From Vicugna vicugna (Eukaryota), in contig MU061464.1 of assembly GCA_013265495.1 (NCBI GenBank), positions 1,630,442 to 1,694,441 on the forward strand: a stretch of 64,000 bases of DNA. The letters run 5' to 3'. The translations under genes were made by a program, and so were the position numbers. This document shows positions 38,142 through 51,092 of the stretch, in pieces. The notes beneath the pieces are model-generated. The model worked only from the letters and a program-made list of their open reading frames with translations, was not told the origin of the DNA and ran no database searches. How positions within the stretch are numbered: the stretch's first letter is position 1; every line of letters starts with the position of its first letter.

Positions 38142-38971
38142 TGTCAGTTTCATGAACAGCCCCCAGCTAGAACAAACAGGGAGAAACCACACACGCGATT
38201 CACCCAGCAAATGTGCTCTGTTCACACAACAGCAGTGCAGCCACCACTCAAACCATGAGGTAGTTACAGGGCACAAAGGCCGGCGCGCGTGCGCGCGCCC
38301 CCACACACACTCGCAGTCACGCCCACTGCAGAACACACACACGGAACGGGTTCACCATCTCACTACGGACAAAGAAAAGGCCTTTTTTGGTGTTTGTTTT
38401 GTTTAGAAAATGCTATAGAAACAGCTTAGGCAGAAGGAATCTGACTTTTAACACATAGAGTAACAGCTGGTAAACACCACACGGTGAAGAGCTACAGGAG
38501 AACCACACACGATCTGCCTTGGCGTTTAGAGCATCTCAACAGTATCTTTAGCATCAGACAAACAAAAACAACACGGCCTCTGCAAATTAAGGGTGCAGCC
38601 TGCAGAAGTCACAAAGGGCTCTGCAGAGAGAGGGTTTAACTGGAATAGAACAATCTTAAAGCAACTTGCAGGATGTGTGATAAAGCAGAGTGTATACTGT
38701 GTATTCAAACCGTGAAGTATGAAGCCACTGGAAATGCTGTAACAGAAAGCGAGGGGGAAAACACCCTTTTTTTCATGTTCATTTTTTAGAGACATTTCAG
38801 GACTATTTCATGACATTCACTCTCCAATTAACATGGAATCAGGTTTCATCAACATGGATTTCTTGATCTGAGTAAATACTTCTGGATGACAAAACCCAAA
38901 CAAACAAAAATTGATCATCTTCTTCTCTCTCTTTTAAAATCTTTTGGTTTGCATCTATAAATTTGTCAGTT
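38142..38971 (-). promoter_or_regulatory. Two miR-223 8mer seed sites (AACTGACA) at 38142-38149 and 38964-38971
   Basis: Plus-strand tgtcagtt occurs twice within the UTR. This is a seed match only. Confidence 0.45.
38256..38263 (-). promoter_or_regulatory. let-7 8mer seed site (CTACCTCA) in TGFBR3 3' UTR
   Basis: The plus strand reads tgaggtag. TGFBR3 is a reported let-7 target. Confidence 0.65.
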
Positions 38972-41136
38972 AATTTTAAATTATTTATAAAATCATTGGC
39001 ATTGTAGCATCTCTCTCAAAAATATATATTTAAATATATTACAAAAGGTCTTAACCCTGTCCATCTAAGAGCTGGGTCTTTTAAAACCTCTTAATAGCTG
39101 ATTTTCTTTTTAATAGGATGGAAAGGGTTTTTTTTTAACACAAAGAACTGATCAAAAGAGTTCACAGTAACTGTAATTAAACATTTCATATGGAGTAACT
39201 TAAATTTATCTAAAACACTTAAATATATCTTTAGACACAGATTTTTGTAGTAAAATATAGCTATAAGTGACTTAAAGACTCTAGTCTTCTTTGAAGACAT
39301 CTTTAAACTTTCTTATACATAGAATATGCTAAAACAATACATTCTGCTGAAGGTTAGGCAAAGCGCATTATTTTCAAACACAGGTAGCGTAATCTAGGTC
39401 CTCCGCTCTGATACCTTTATGTTGAAAAAAAGTTCACTGAAGGGAAATGTTTTCCTAAGCTTGTATCTTCACTTGTATGTGGAAATCTGTAAAATTATCA
39501 ATGTAGATAGCCTGGAAGTCCTAGCCCTTGATTTGTTCTGGTTAAAGTTATCCTGATCGAATATCTGTAACTGTCAAATCAACCACAGCATGACTCTGTG
39601 ATGAGGCACCAATGATCGCCCACCTCTACCTGTTTGTTGCCTTCAAGTCCTGGGCATCACCAACATTTCCTACTTAAGGCTCTCTTCACAGAGAACTAAG
39701 TACAGCTTCCTTAGTTTAAGGGCAGTGAGATTCGCTTATGAATTTTGCCTGTTCTATTTGTAGAGTTGTTTGGAGGGAATTCTGGGAAAAGAATAATATT
39801 TATTTGCAATGAAGCTCTCCTCAGTAGTAAATAATCCGACATGGAACTTCCCTCCGCGTTCTTTCTTAACATACAGGTATCAGTTGAGCTTATTTTAGCT
39901 GCAAAGTGGCATCATATTATTCGATTTTAATAAAATTCACCTCAAATCCCTCTTTGAGTTTCTGGGATACATTCAAGGCAAGAGACATAAAGCAACCCAA
40001 GTGAGCGCCCCTCCCGTCACCTCAGCGCCTTCTTGGCAGAACCGGTGACGCTGTTCAGATAACCAGCCGGAACCCGAAAGGGTCTGCCATACATCCTCAT
40101 CTTACAGGAGCTTGGTTCTTAGAAAAGGGTCTATTAAAAAGGTTGTCAGGTTTGGCATGGAAACGCTAATTCTCCCAAATAGATTTAAGAGTAAGTTCCA
40201 ACCTTGAAGGCACAGGACGTTTTTAAAACGGAAACGAATTGTCTCTTCTTCAGAGAATGCGCCAAATGACATTTCCTATACTTGTACTGGCACGTACATT
40301 GCTGTGCAAATTCCTCCTCAACTTTACAACTGGATTTTGCCCCAACTTATACATTAATTTATCAGAATACAATGTCATAAATGGGCACAAATCTGCAGTC
40401 CCAGGTTTTGGTCATTTTCAATTTCTATATGCCTATAGAGAAATACAATACTTGCATTAAGACATTTTTGCTGTTGGTGGGGAGAAGAAGGAGGCTGATG
40501 AGGAAGCCAGCACTGGTTTTGGCCCCGGGGAATAAGAAAGGAATGTTGCCTTGACGTGTGTCAGGATGCAGCCGCTGAGGGCAGGACCCGTCCAGCCCAC
40601 ACGTCACTCCTCACAAGGTGTGGCAGCAAGGCCAGAAGTGTGCATCCAGAAGGTGCAAGGCAGACATGGGGGAGCACACTGAGGAAGTCCTGAAGCATCT
40701 CTTTTGTTTTACCTCTTGGTCCAATTGTAAAAGGATCTCTGGCCGCATCACCTCATGGGTTCTCCTATCTGGCTACTTGCCTTTATCAGCTCCTAGAGTC
40801 CGGGTAACATGCAGGGCCCCAAACAATGGACGTTCTTACCTGGACAAAGCAGCATCTTAAAAACTGGCATGTGTTTCACATTGAAAACCCCCAAGCCTGT
40901 GAGGGACGGGTGGAGAAGGCCACCACCTTAGCTTTCTCGGATGAATCCTAGTGTGTGGCAGAAGCCCAGGGCCCACATTTGTATTGGCCCTGGGTAGGGG
41001 GTGGTGAACACAACAGGTGATCTGTATGTTGAAATTCACTCTCTTTCCAAGGGAACCACAATTAAGCCGTCGGAGCCTGCGGGCTGGACCCAGGGCACGG
41101 GCCGCCAGGCCCGCGCTAGGCGGGAGCAGGGCCGGG

Positions 41137-41255
41137 CTAGGCGGTGCTGCTGCTGGAGCAGGGCGTGCTCTGCGTGCTGCCGATGCTGTGGGCCGCGCTG
41201 CTGTTTTCCGAGGCTGGCGGGGAGGTGGGGACCTGCTGCCTGCCTGCCGTCTCTC
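41137..41255 (-). CDS. TGFBR3: TGFBR3 last coding exon, cytoplasmic tail GETAGRQQVPTSPPASENSSAAHSIGSTQSTPCSSSSTA-stop
   Basis: Acceptor is ttcattcactgcag. The peptide is the betaglycan C-terminus ending in the STA PDZ-binding motif, followed by TAG at 41139-41137. Confidence 0.98.
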
Positions 41256-44200
41256 CTGCAGTGAATGAAGACAGGGGCGAAGAAGGACGCACGTTACCCG
41301 CGTGTGCTCCTGAAAAGACCACCTCATCTGGTTCTTCTCAACCGTGGGCAGAAGCAGCTCGACCAGAAGGCCTTCCACCCTAAAACTCCTCTGTCTGTCG
41401 GTGTTTTGCTTTTAAAGCTGCTTGCGTGGGGAAAAGAGAACTGTCTTTAAGCTGAGAGGCAGTTACAGGGGCCAAGGCCCCAGCGAGCTGAGGACAAAGC
41501 CCCAGGGTCTCAGCGCCCAGGCCTCTGAGGAAGCCGCCGGCGTCGGCGCTGTGCCACTCGGCGGACAAGCACCTGTGCTCAGGGAGCACCTCCCCCGTAA
41601 AGGTGTCGTCGGGCTTGGGGGGCGGGACTTCCGCGCTGTAGTAAGAGGATCGCGGCAGTCTGGAGGCCTTTTCCTGAATGCATTTTGTCAAAATGGAGGT
41701 GGTGGCGCCTGGACTGCCCCGAACCACAGCGGAGTGTCGTGTGCGCCAACCACACAGCCCACCTGAGAGACAGGGCTGGGAGGAGGCGGCTCTCAGAGGA
41801 CCTTTGGGGGAAGGGGTCTAGCTGTTAGCACATGGGGGCCTTTAGGTGCCAGGGAACCCCCCCATCCTGAGGTTCACTGCAGGCTGCAGCCTGTGTATCT
41901 CCCACCACATGCAGCACCCCACTTTCCATGGCACACCCCACTGCACTGCACTCCTCGGGCCAAACGCACAGTGCTGCGGACCGGAGGGGACCGTGGGCCG
42001 CACACATGGTCTGCAGTTAGCGCTGCAGAAGGCTCTAGCGCTGTCTTGTCTTCAACGAAACTGGCCTCAGAGCAGCCCTCAAAAAATGGCTCCCGGTAGG
42101 GAAAAGCGATCAAGGCTCTCTGATGACAAACACTGCATTTTCTTTGAAAAGTCAAAGGATAAACTTCATAAACTTCTGGCCAGCAGTCTCCCCGCCCTGG
42201 TGTGGGAAGCCCCAGAGGGCCAGGTCTGTTTGTGAATGAGCCTCCTCCTTCCTGTCAGGCTGAGATACACTGCTATCAGCCGGAGATAAGCAGCACTCTG
42301 GCCTCTTCGTGAAAACAAAACACACCAGCAGAGGCCCTGCCCTCCCAGGACAGGAACTCAGCCCAGGCCTCCCCCTCCCCTTTGGGGCCCCTCTAAAGCC
42401 TCTGCCAGCGCAGCAGGTCTGCACAACATCGGAGCGGCCCAGGCCTCTGGGCCTGGCCACCGCCTTCCCGTCACCCCTCTCCTCCAGCACCGGCTACAGC
42501 ACATGTTCCTGCCTCAGCCTCGGGGCCTTCCTGCTGCATATCTGGCCCCTGCTGCATTTCCTCTGATTATCTGTTCATCTGGGGTCAGCGGGAGGAGAGG
42601 GGAGAGCAGGTCAACATTCCCCAGAGGCCGAGAAACTGCACTTCGCTCTTCTTTTCTCAGCAGCTTATCCTTCGGACCCTTCCCAGCACTGCCCTCCACC
42701 CTCCGTGTGTGCAGTAATGAAAGGTAGGGAAGTCTGCCTCAGTGACAGCAACTTTCTGCCGGAAACCCACTTTCCCCAGAGTGAGAACGTGAAGCCCAAA
42801 ACGGAAAACCCCCCAAATCTCCAGACACTAGAACAACTCGTGATAGACTTGAAAAACCCCGCCCCCGGCAGCCCACATGCTGCTCCACACCCAGCTGGAT
42901 TCTCATGGTATCAATTAGCAGGGCTAGTGTGGCTGCGTGTTGTGCAAAGCACATTTTAAAAATGTCATTTCCCCGTTCAAATAAAGGCTACGCCAGAAAA
43001 GCCCGAGGCCAGGCAGCACCCAGCTCCCAGCCCGGCTCACCTGGGCGCCGTCTGTCCGGCCGGGGAGCAGCCGGGCAGGATGGCTGCGGCTCACGAACTG
43101 ACGGCGAGCCAGCCTGCCTCCTCCGCACTTTGACACGTGCTGATTATTCGCATCCAGGAAAAGTGCCAGTGCTCCTCCCTGCCCAGGAAGCCTGAGTATT
43201 TGCTTTCCGAGCTCTATTTGCCAAATGCAGTTTGTTGCCACGCCAGTTTGTTTTAGTCGCTGCCCATTAAAGAGGTCTTTCAACTCCCAGAGTTTTGGAA
43301 ACTCTTCTGCCGCTAATGCCAAGCACTGTCCAAAGCGAGACCCCAAGCAGAACAAAACAAAGACGTTCCCTGTGCTCGCGACCGCAGGACACCCTTCAGC
43401 TCAGTGGGCAAGTCAGCCGGACCTAATAATCTACTGACTTTGAGCCGATGGATTCTCAACAGTCCTCCTTGAAGTGTGGAAAACACCTCCCTTAGACAAT
43501 GCTCCCTCCCGCCTGAGGCTGTTCGCACATGAGAGACATGCGCTCTCCCAGTACAAGCAAGCGTTAAAAAGTTTCACCTTCTGAGAAGCTGAGGAAAGCT
43601 TTCTCCCTGTCAGATCCAAGTGGCGCTACAGAAGAGTCCACCGGGAGAAAGCAGGTTTCATGTGCAGATGTTTCTGCTTGAACAGCACTGTTGTCTCTTG
43701 GGTTTTCTGAGATGGGCTCCTTGGTTCCTGCTCTCTATCACAGTGGCCTCCGATTTCTTGGAGCACTGACGTTCTCTAAAATACCCGTGGGGTGACAAAT
43801 ACAACCAGCCTACCTCTGGAGAAGGTGGGCAGGGAGGACCTCACTTAGCGAGTGTGAGGGGTTCGACGAAGCCTCGCTGCCCATAAACATCAAACTTGGC
43901 CGCGAGAAGAAACGTGTTCAGTCCTCATGCTTCACTCCATCTCAAACCACTGAGGGGGAGATACCTGGGGAGGAGGGGGTGGATAGTGGAAGCGGGCATC
44001 TGGTACATGGGGTACCTGGGAGGAGGGGTGCTAGGACAAGGACGCACCCCCCAGCTCACCCGGGAGCCTGTGGCGGGGCCTCGGTGCTGCCAGATGCGCT
44101 TTCAGGAACAGAAACGCATGTGTCGTAAGGGACAACCTGCCTCCTTTGCTTAGCCTGGCCTGGAGTGCTCCAGGTCCGACTCCCTGCCACCTCTGGGGAA

Positions 44201-46599
44201 GTCTGCCTTACAGCCTGACTCGTACCTCTGAGTCCTTCAGCGCCGCAGGGCCTGGGGAAGAAACTGTATCTAAGAAAGATGTGGGTAACACGAAGAGGCT
44301 CTATGGGGAAAAAACAAGAATTTTAAAGACGGTGAGAGGAATCTCGATCATTGAGCCCAAAGCAGACTGTCTGCAAACAGTGCCCACAGAGGATTACTAC
44401 ACAGAGCAGCAGACAGGTGTTCTTCATCTCCCTTGAGGGCAGAACAAGAGGAAGTAAGTTTAGATGGAGATTTCGGTCAGAGAGAAAAGAACTTGCTGAT
44501 TACGGGGACTGGTTAGTTATAGCGGGAACTTATGGAATTTCTTTCTTGGGAGACATTTAAGCATTGGACTGAAAACCACATGCCTGGGGGTGATTTACAC
44601 TTAATATTACTTGATGCTAGAAAGAAAACAGGTATTTTCCTCTGGGCCTATGTGTTGGTTGCAATTTTGTACCAATTATTGTCTCAATTTCTTGATTCCC
44701 TAATTGTGACTATTTTACAAGCTCACTCCCGTAAGGAGAGTGAACCAGACCACCTTTCTTTAGAGAAGCTTTCAATCACTGTTTATCATTTTCAAAAATT
44801 GCCCCTCCTCACGTTTCAAGAAAGAAGACTTTCCTTTTGTAGGCAAAACTCTGCAGGAGGGGGTGAATCAGAAGTTACACGTTTGGCGAAAGGCAGGAAT
44901 GTCCCAAGGCAGGAATCAAAATCTTTCAAAATATCCTGTCTGCCACCTTCTTTCTATACTGCTGCAATATAGCCAGCCTGTGGACACCTCCGCTTTGGCT
45001 TTCTGTGGGCATCTTATTTTGGCTTAACCTGAGCACCTGGGTGAGAGGAGCGGCTCCCGCCTTCTCTGCAGCCGTCCCAGGGTTCCCATCCGCTGTGGCT
45101 GCACCTGTCTGATCCCTGGGACGTAGCCGCCTGCCTCCTGCTTTGGTTCTACCTTAGCCTGCTTTCTTGCTGTTTCTGTCTTCGCCTGGACTAGACTTGA
45201 GGGCATGGAGAAACTTCAGATTTCTAAAAACGTTGGAAGCCTCTAGAGATGCTTCTAATTACAAGCTCTTGCCCGACTCAGGTGGACCTGGGAACGGGCC
45301 TGACTCCTGCTGTAAGAACACGTGGCGGGATCAGCCGAGGACGGGGGCTGGGACAGGCACCGCGGACGCAGCACCGCGGCGGTTTCTGTCGCTCTGGGAA
45401 ACATGTTCCTTCTGCTCTTGGATTTTTTTTTTTTTCTGTCTACACATCTGAGAAACCTTACATTTTTGTAGGATTCTGGAGTTCAGGAAGCTTTTCACAC
45501 GCATTTCCTGTTTAAGCACTCACCCCTGTGAAGTAGAGACCATCTCTTTGTCTACCTAAGGGAAACGTGGTAAATATACCTGGCCCGGGTAACAAGATTA
45601 GCAGTTGCAGAAACTGGACCTTAGAATGCAATCTCTGATGACAGCCGGTGCCCGAGGGTTGTACAGATAACATGCAGAAGGTGGCCTCCCTCCCGCGCTT
45701 TCCCTCTTTCTCCTCCTCCTATCATCAGATTTTGCATCCTGCTGAGAGACCACAAAGGCAAATTAAAGTAAAGGAAAGATCAATTATAATGACTTCTAAC
45801 CCACCCGTTCTGCACAGTTTTGCCTGCAAGTGGAAGGTCTTTTAGCTTGGAGAATGGGGAGGAAAGGTTTTTGAAACTGATCAAAAGTGATTAAAACCTT
45901 CTCAAAAGGTAGTTTAGTTCACTCTTCTCACAGGAGTGAGCTTGTGAAATAGTCACAATTAGGATATCAAGATTTGAGACATTAACTGGTACAAAATTAC
46001 AACCAATTCATAGGCCTAGAAGAAAATCTTACCAAAATGACAATTTACAGATTTGTAAAAGAAGGAGGAGGCAGACTGGAGGCAAGATGACAGCACTAAG
46101 GTGCTGGAAGCTGGTGACGAAATGGGCAGGCAGAAGCTGACTCAGCAGATTCAAGAGAACAGGTCCTAAGCCAACTGTAGGAAAAGCCGAGAAAAAGCCA
46201 GGCAGTAACACGGAAGCCCTAAGAACTCAGGAAACGGTGGCATCAGGTCCCCCAGGAGACAGCGTGAACGTGGGGCTGTCAGCCGTGGGATTGGCTGAAC
46301 TTCCATGTAAGAAGCGCTAACATTTTTCAAAATCCCCTCCTTTAACCCACGGTGCAGGGACGAAGACTCTCCAAAGAGGATGAAACTAGGGTTCCAGGAA
46401 TGACCAACACCCGGCAGGACTGAAGGTGGGGAACCATGGTGGCAGAGAAGGGTCACACTAACGTCTACCTGCTGAAGGATGTGACCCCCAGAGTGCAGAC
46501 AGCCAGACCTACAGCCTCCAGGAAGGAGAGAGGAAAACCTGCTTCACGGGAAGCTTCATGAGCTCAAGAGGAAAGATCCAAAGACGTGGGATCAGGAGT

Positions 46600-47950
46600 C
46601 CCCCAGTAAAGGCCCAGCCAGGTTGCTGGGGGAGAGCTCACAACCAGCCTGTCCCACCACGAGCTCAGACCTTCTCTGTTCTTAAATAATTCTGTATTAA
46701 CATTCTCAGGACATACTGCACCCATGAGACAAGAGTAGGATGTATGTTTTTAATTCATAGGAAGAACTTCTTGGAATTAAAAAATTTGAAGGCAGTATTA
46801 AAAACGCAGTAAGAAACTGAAAGATAAAGATGAATATATCTCCTGGAAAATAAAGAAAGGAAAAAGGTGGAAAACAGAAAAGGAAAATTAGAGGACCATT
46901 CAAAATGTCCAGCTTTCAAATAAAATCAGGGGTGAGAAAAAAATAAATAATTCTAAGAAAATTCAACAATGATGGACACGAGTTTCTAGACTGAGAGGGC
47001 TCAATGAACGCCCAGCATGACACATGGAAACGCACCTGACTCAAGCACCATCATTTAAAATTTCTTCCAGAAAAGGGGAAAAAGAACAGGTCAGGAATCT
47101 GAATAGCTCTGAACTTCCCAAAAGCAATCTTCTGAGCTAAAAGGCAATGAGAGGTGGTTTCAAAATTCTGAAGAAAAATTATTTATAACCTAAAATTCTA
47201 TACCTTGGCAAACTATCTACCAAGTGTTTGTATAAAATGAGGACATTTTCAGACAAGCAAGGTGTGAAGAACATGCACCTCTTATGTTCCCTTTAAGTCA
47301 GGAAGGAGGAAGACAGAGGACACATGACCCAGGACACCCACATCTGAAGTCCTGAAGGAAACAGTCAGGAGAACACCTGATGTCTGAACGTGAGCAGAGG
47401 AGACCGAGACAATGGCAGAGCCAGCAGGTGGGTCAACGGTAAGTACACAGGAAACCAAGGTAACGTGGGGGCGGGCGGAGAGACAGTTACGGATCCTGGC
47501 AAAAACTAAAAGTCACGCAGAGAAATACTACTATTACACCACATGGCTAAAGTGTGGTTGGTATTTAAGGAGTCATAATAGCGTGAACAGTAAATGCTGA
47601 TCTAACCAAAATTTTAGTATAATTCTGTGCAGAGGATGGTGGGGATAAGGGAGACAAGAGGGCATGAATGTATAATTGGGGAACAGGGTGAAAGAGAATT
47701 AAATTTTCATTGTCCACAGTGAGAGGCTGACAGAAGAGGCTTAAAACTGGTGAGTCAAGGGGTAGCAATATATTCAGGTTATTTAGAGGTTAACGTCCCA
47801 GACAATCAGCTAAGAGTCAAAAATGATGCTCTCGGGGGTGAGAAAAGGGAGTGGGTGGGAGGGCACTCGTGTTTCTCAGAACAAGTATTGCAGAACCACT
47901 TCAGCCTTCCAACTATGTGCATGTTGTGATAAAGCTACAAAGTTTTACTG
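46600..47950 (+). mobile_element. Ancient L1M/HAL1-like ORF1 region in TGFBR3 intron 16
   Basis: agaggtggtttcaaaattctgaagaaaaattatttataacctaaaattctataccttggcaaactatc resembles the L1 ORF1 C-terminal region. Boundaries are approximate. Confidence 0.55.
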
Positions 47951-49497
47951 AAAAATAAAAATAAATGCTTTTGCTCCTCTCCTCAAATGAAAATGTGCAT
48001 ATGCTACTCACGGCATATGACTTTCAGGACCTTTATGACCGACCGGAGGTCGGGGGCCCTGAACCAGGCCCCGGGAGCGTGACGCTTCCACGGCTCCACC
48101 CGGGCCCACCCTCCTCTCTGTACCACCTTCGTGGACAACGTAAGTTTCAGGAGTGGAGTTTTTCCAACGAGGAGAATATGGCCTAAAGGAAGCACCCCTT
48201 ACTGTGTGCAAAGCTGTCACGTGACAAGGTGGGGCCCCAGCTTTTCTGGACTAACCGACAGTCTAGGTGTGTGAGCAGACATCTGCAATTCAACCTCGTG
48301 GCTCGGCTCTGCCCTCGGTGATGCAGATGGAATGGCAAGCACAAAGGGAAGGCGCCCAAGTTAAGGGCTGTCCTTGACACAGAGGCAGGTGCTGCCTGAA
48401 CCCCCAGACAGGCCGTACAGGGTCTGCTTCCCACAGCGTCGATCACGTGGAAGCTGGATGGACCCGGTCAGTGTCTGCACAGACGCTCTCCCCAGCGCTG
48501 CTGCACTGTGGTCTCTTCTTATGGAGACTTGCCAGCCGGCCCAGGTAAGCCACTGAGGGGTTTTGGATAGGAAACTGTCGTTTGGTCCCAAGGTGAGCCT
48601 TTTTCTTGCTTGCATGACACTGGTATTCCTTATGAGCAATCTTTAAAATGAACCAGAATCTACAGCTTTTAATAAGCCATCTGAAGCTGTATCATATGTG
48701 ATGCTAACAGGTTTGGAGCCCAAATGACAGTGGTTTTTAGCTTTTAGCTTCTGAAGCAGCATAATTTACCTTGTTGGAACCCGTCGCAGGAAGGGTGCGG
48801 TATGTTTTTTTTTTCAATCTACTTATAAATCTATTTCCGTATTAACAAAACTTTAAAAACTCCTTAAGTCTCTGATTCGGGGGAGAAGGGAGCAGTAATA
48901 ACACACCGCGGAATTTAATGAGCAGCAGCAGGTGCCATAAAACCAGGCTTTGCTTCCCCCAGGTTGTGAGCCTGGCTGCGGACAAGAGTCTGGGGTTACC
49001 GGAGGGAGCTCCATGGGGCGTGTTCCAGGAGCAGTGCTGTTTGATTGCCCTCTTCTGCCTCCACCTGGCTTCCGGGCCCTGCTGGCCTGAGGGTAGCTTT
49101 CGGGGTTGGAGGATGCAGCTCTGTGACCAAGGCCGGTCACGGCTCAGCAGGGGCGTGGTAAGTCTGCGGGTGCCCACCCCAGAGAAATTCCTCAGGGCTA
49201 CAGTCTTCTTGGAGTACTTTCAAGTTCATTCCTATTATACGGCATAAGCCGTCAACCTCACGGCCACGCAGGAGGTTGGGAAAAATTGCAAAGAACTGTG
49301 AGTCTGAGATTTGAATGTGTCAGAGTTCCTGTGACAAAGTTACTTCCTCTAAGGTGCTCCTCTGCTAAACACTGTCCCTTCTGGTGCTGGTAGAGCTGTC
49401 CATGAAAAAGGACAGTCCTAAGCCAATTTGCCGGCGTGCGTGTGTCCCCAGAGTCATTACACTTAAGAGACTTAGTTCCTCTTGCACATGAAATATA

Positions 49498-49684
49498 CAG
49501 TTAACCCTGAACGATGCGGGGTTAACCTGCACGTAACTGACAGCCAGCCCTCTGCACCCACGGCTCCTCTGCGTCGTGGATTCAGCCGACCACGGACCGT
49601 TGGTGCTGTAGCATTTACTACTGCAAAACATCCCTGTGTAAGTGGCCCCACACAGCTCAAACCTGTGCTGTTCGGGGGTCCCCG
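49498..49684. mobile_element. Tigger2/MER8-family MITE
   Basis: TA|cagttaaccctgaacgatgcggg...ggattcagccgaccacgg...taagtggccccacacagctcaaacctgtgctgttc. The right TIR is degenerate. Confidence 0.7.
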
Positions 49685-50984
49685 GGCCTCTGCTCAAAGG
49701 TTGCTGCCTGGGAGCAACAGCTGAGGACTCAAAGCCTCACTCCTGAGCTCTCCTCAGCTTCTGCTTTGGGCTGAGTGACCTCCTCGTGCTCGGCACCACA
49801 GGGTTCACTCCTCTCTCCTGCCGGAATCTAAAATAACTCAGTATTTTACTCAGAATGCAGTATTTGGAGGGAAGAGCCTGACAAGGATCAAGATGTGACC
49901 TCTCAAAATGCCCTTCAGTGCTTCTCTCCCCTTTAAAGCAGTCAGTGTTTCAGCCTGGCTCCCTGGACAGGCCAAGGCCAGGCCAAACATCGTGGCAGGC
50001 GTTGGTTCAATGGGAAACAGCACAATTCTAAAATTGCAGACAGTCTGGGCCTGCTCCTAGCCTCCGACTGATCACACCAGCAGTTTACTGAGGGTCACAA
50101 GCATCCAAGAACAGACAATACCAACTAGCTTGCTAGACAGGCCTCAGAATGCATGGATTTCCGTCCAGTAATTGCAAGGAATCTAAGAAAGCAGCAGCAG
50201 AAGGCAGACCGCGCGTTCCTTCCCCTGCACCACAGACGCCCCAGCCTGGCCTGCGTTCCGTGCTGGGCTCAGAACAGGCTCTCTGTTCAGGCCAGAATGT
50301 TTCAACCTTGGTGCCGAGGGGAAGGGGTTAGGGAGAAAGGCAGATGAGAATTTTTCGGTGTAGAAGAGCATGACTTGAAAACAAAGTGCTTTGTTTCACC
50401 ATTTTTTATCTGTTTACAATTCATGAAGATATATTTTCAAATTTAAATAACTTTCTGGAAAGACATGAGAATTTTATGTTTATAAGAGAGGACATGGTAT
50501 GGGTTTAAGTAAGGTTGAGAAATTCCGGTTTAAGCCATTGGCTTGGGCCTCTGGTGGACAGTGCTCGGCACCTTGGCAGATGTGGTAATAAAATCTTGGC
50601 TTCCTTTTTCACTTCCTGCCCATTTATACGTCTGCTCTGAAGTCTTCAGCTTTGGGGAAATGGTTTATGTTTCCGGTTTGTTTACATTAACTTTCTTCAA
50701 TCAAACCCTAACCACAAAACAGCTTTATTTGAAGCTAAACTTCAGCAACATCTCAGTTGCAATTAACATAAATAGTTTAAACATCCCTTTTCTAAATCTG
50801 CTTAAAGCAAACTGTATTTTTGCAAAACCCATTTATGCCAAATACATAAACGTGAAAGCAGTGGGAATGAACGTTCCCCTTCTCGCTCGTTAGCACGCCC
50901 AGTCACCCACGGGCAAAACCCCAGGTGCCCACAGCGTGGCAGGCACGTGGGCTGTGCCAGCCGGCACTCAGCAGTCCCACTGAC

Positions 50985-51092
50985 CTGTGTGAGAATAGAT
51001 GCACCACAAGGCCCCCGTCAGCAGCGCTCCGATCACAAAGGCCGCGAACGCAATGCCCATCACGGTTAGGGTGTCCAGGCCGTGGAAAATCG
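50985..51092 (-). CDS. TGFBR3: TGFBR3 transmembrane exon (exon 16 equivalent): PIFHGLDTLTVMGIAFAAFVIGALLTGALWCIYSHT(G)
   Basis: The exon is 108 bp, with acceptor tttctcttcattttag and donor CAG|gtcagt. It encodes the characteristic betaglycan/endoglin TM helix. Confidence 0.98.

Larger units (their letters stand above)
37865..41136 (-). other. TGFBR3: TGFBR3 3' UTR (~3.3 kb)
   Basis: It runs from the stop codon to the distal poly(A) signal, is AU-rich distally and contains no obvious interspersed repeat. The exact cleavage site is estimated. Confidence 0.8.
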
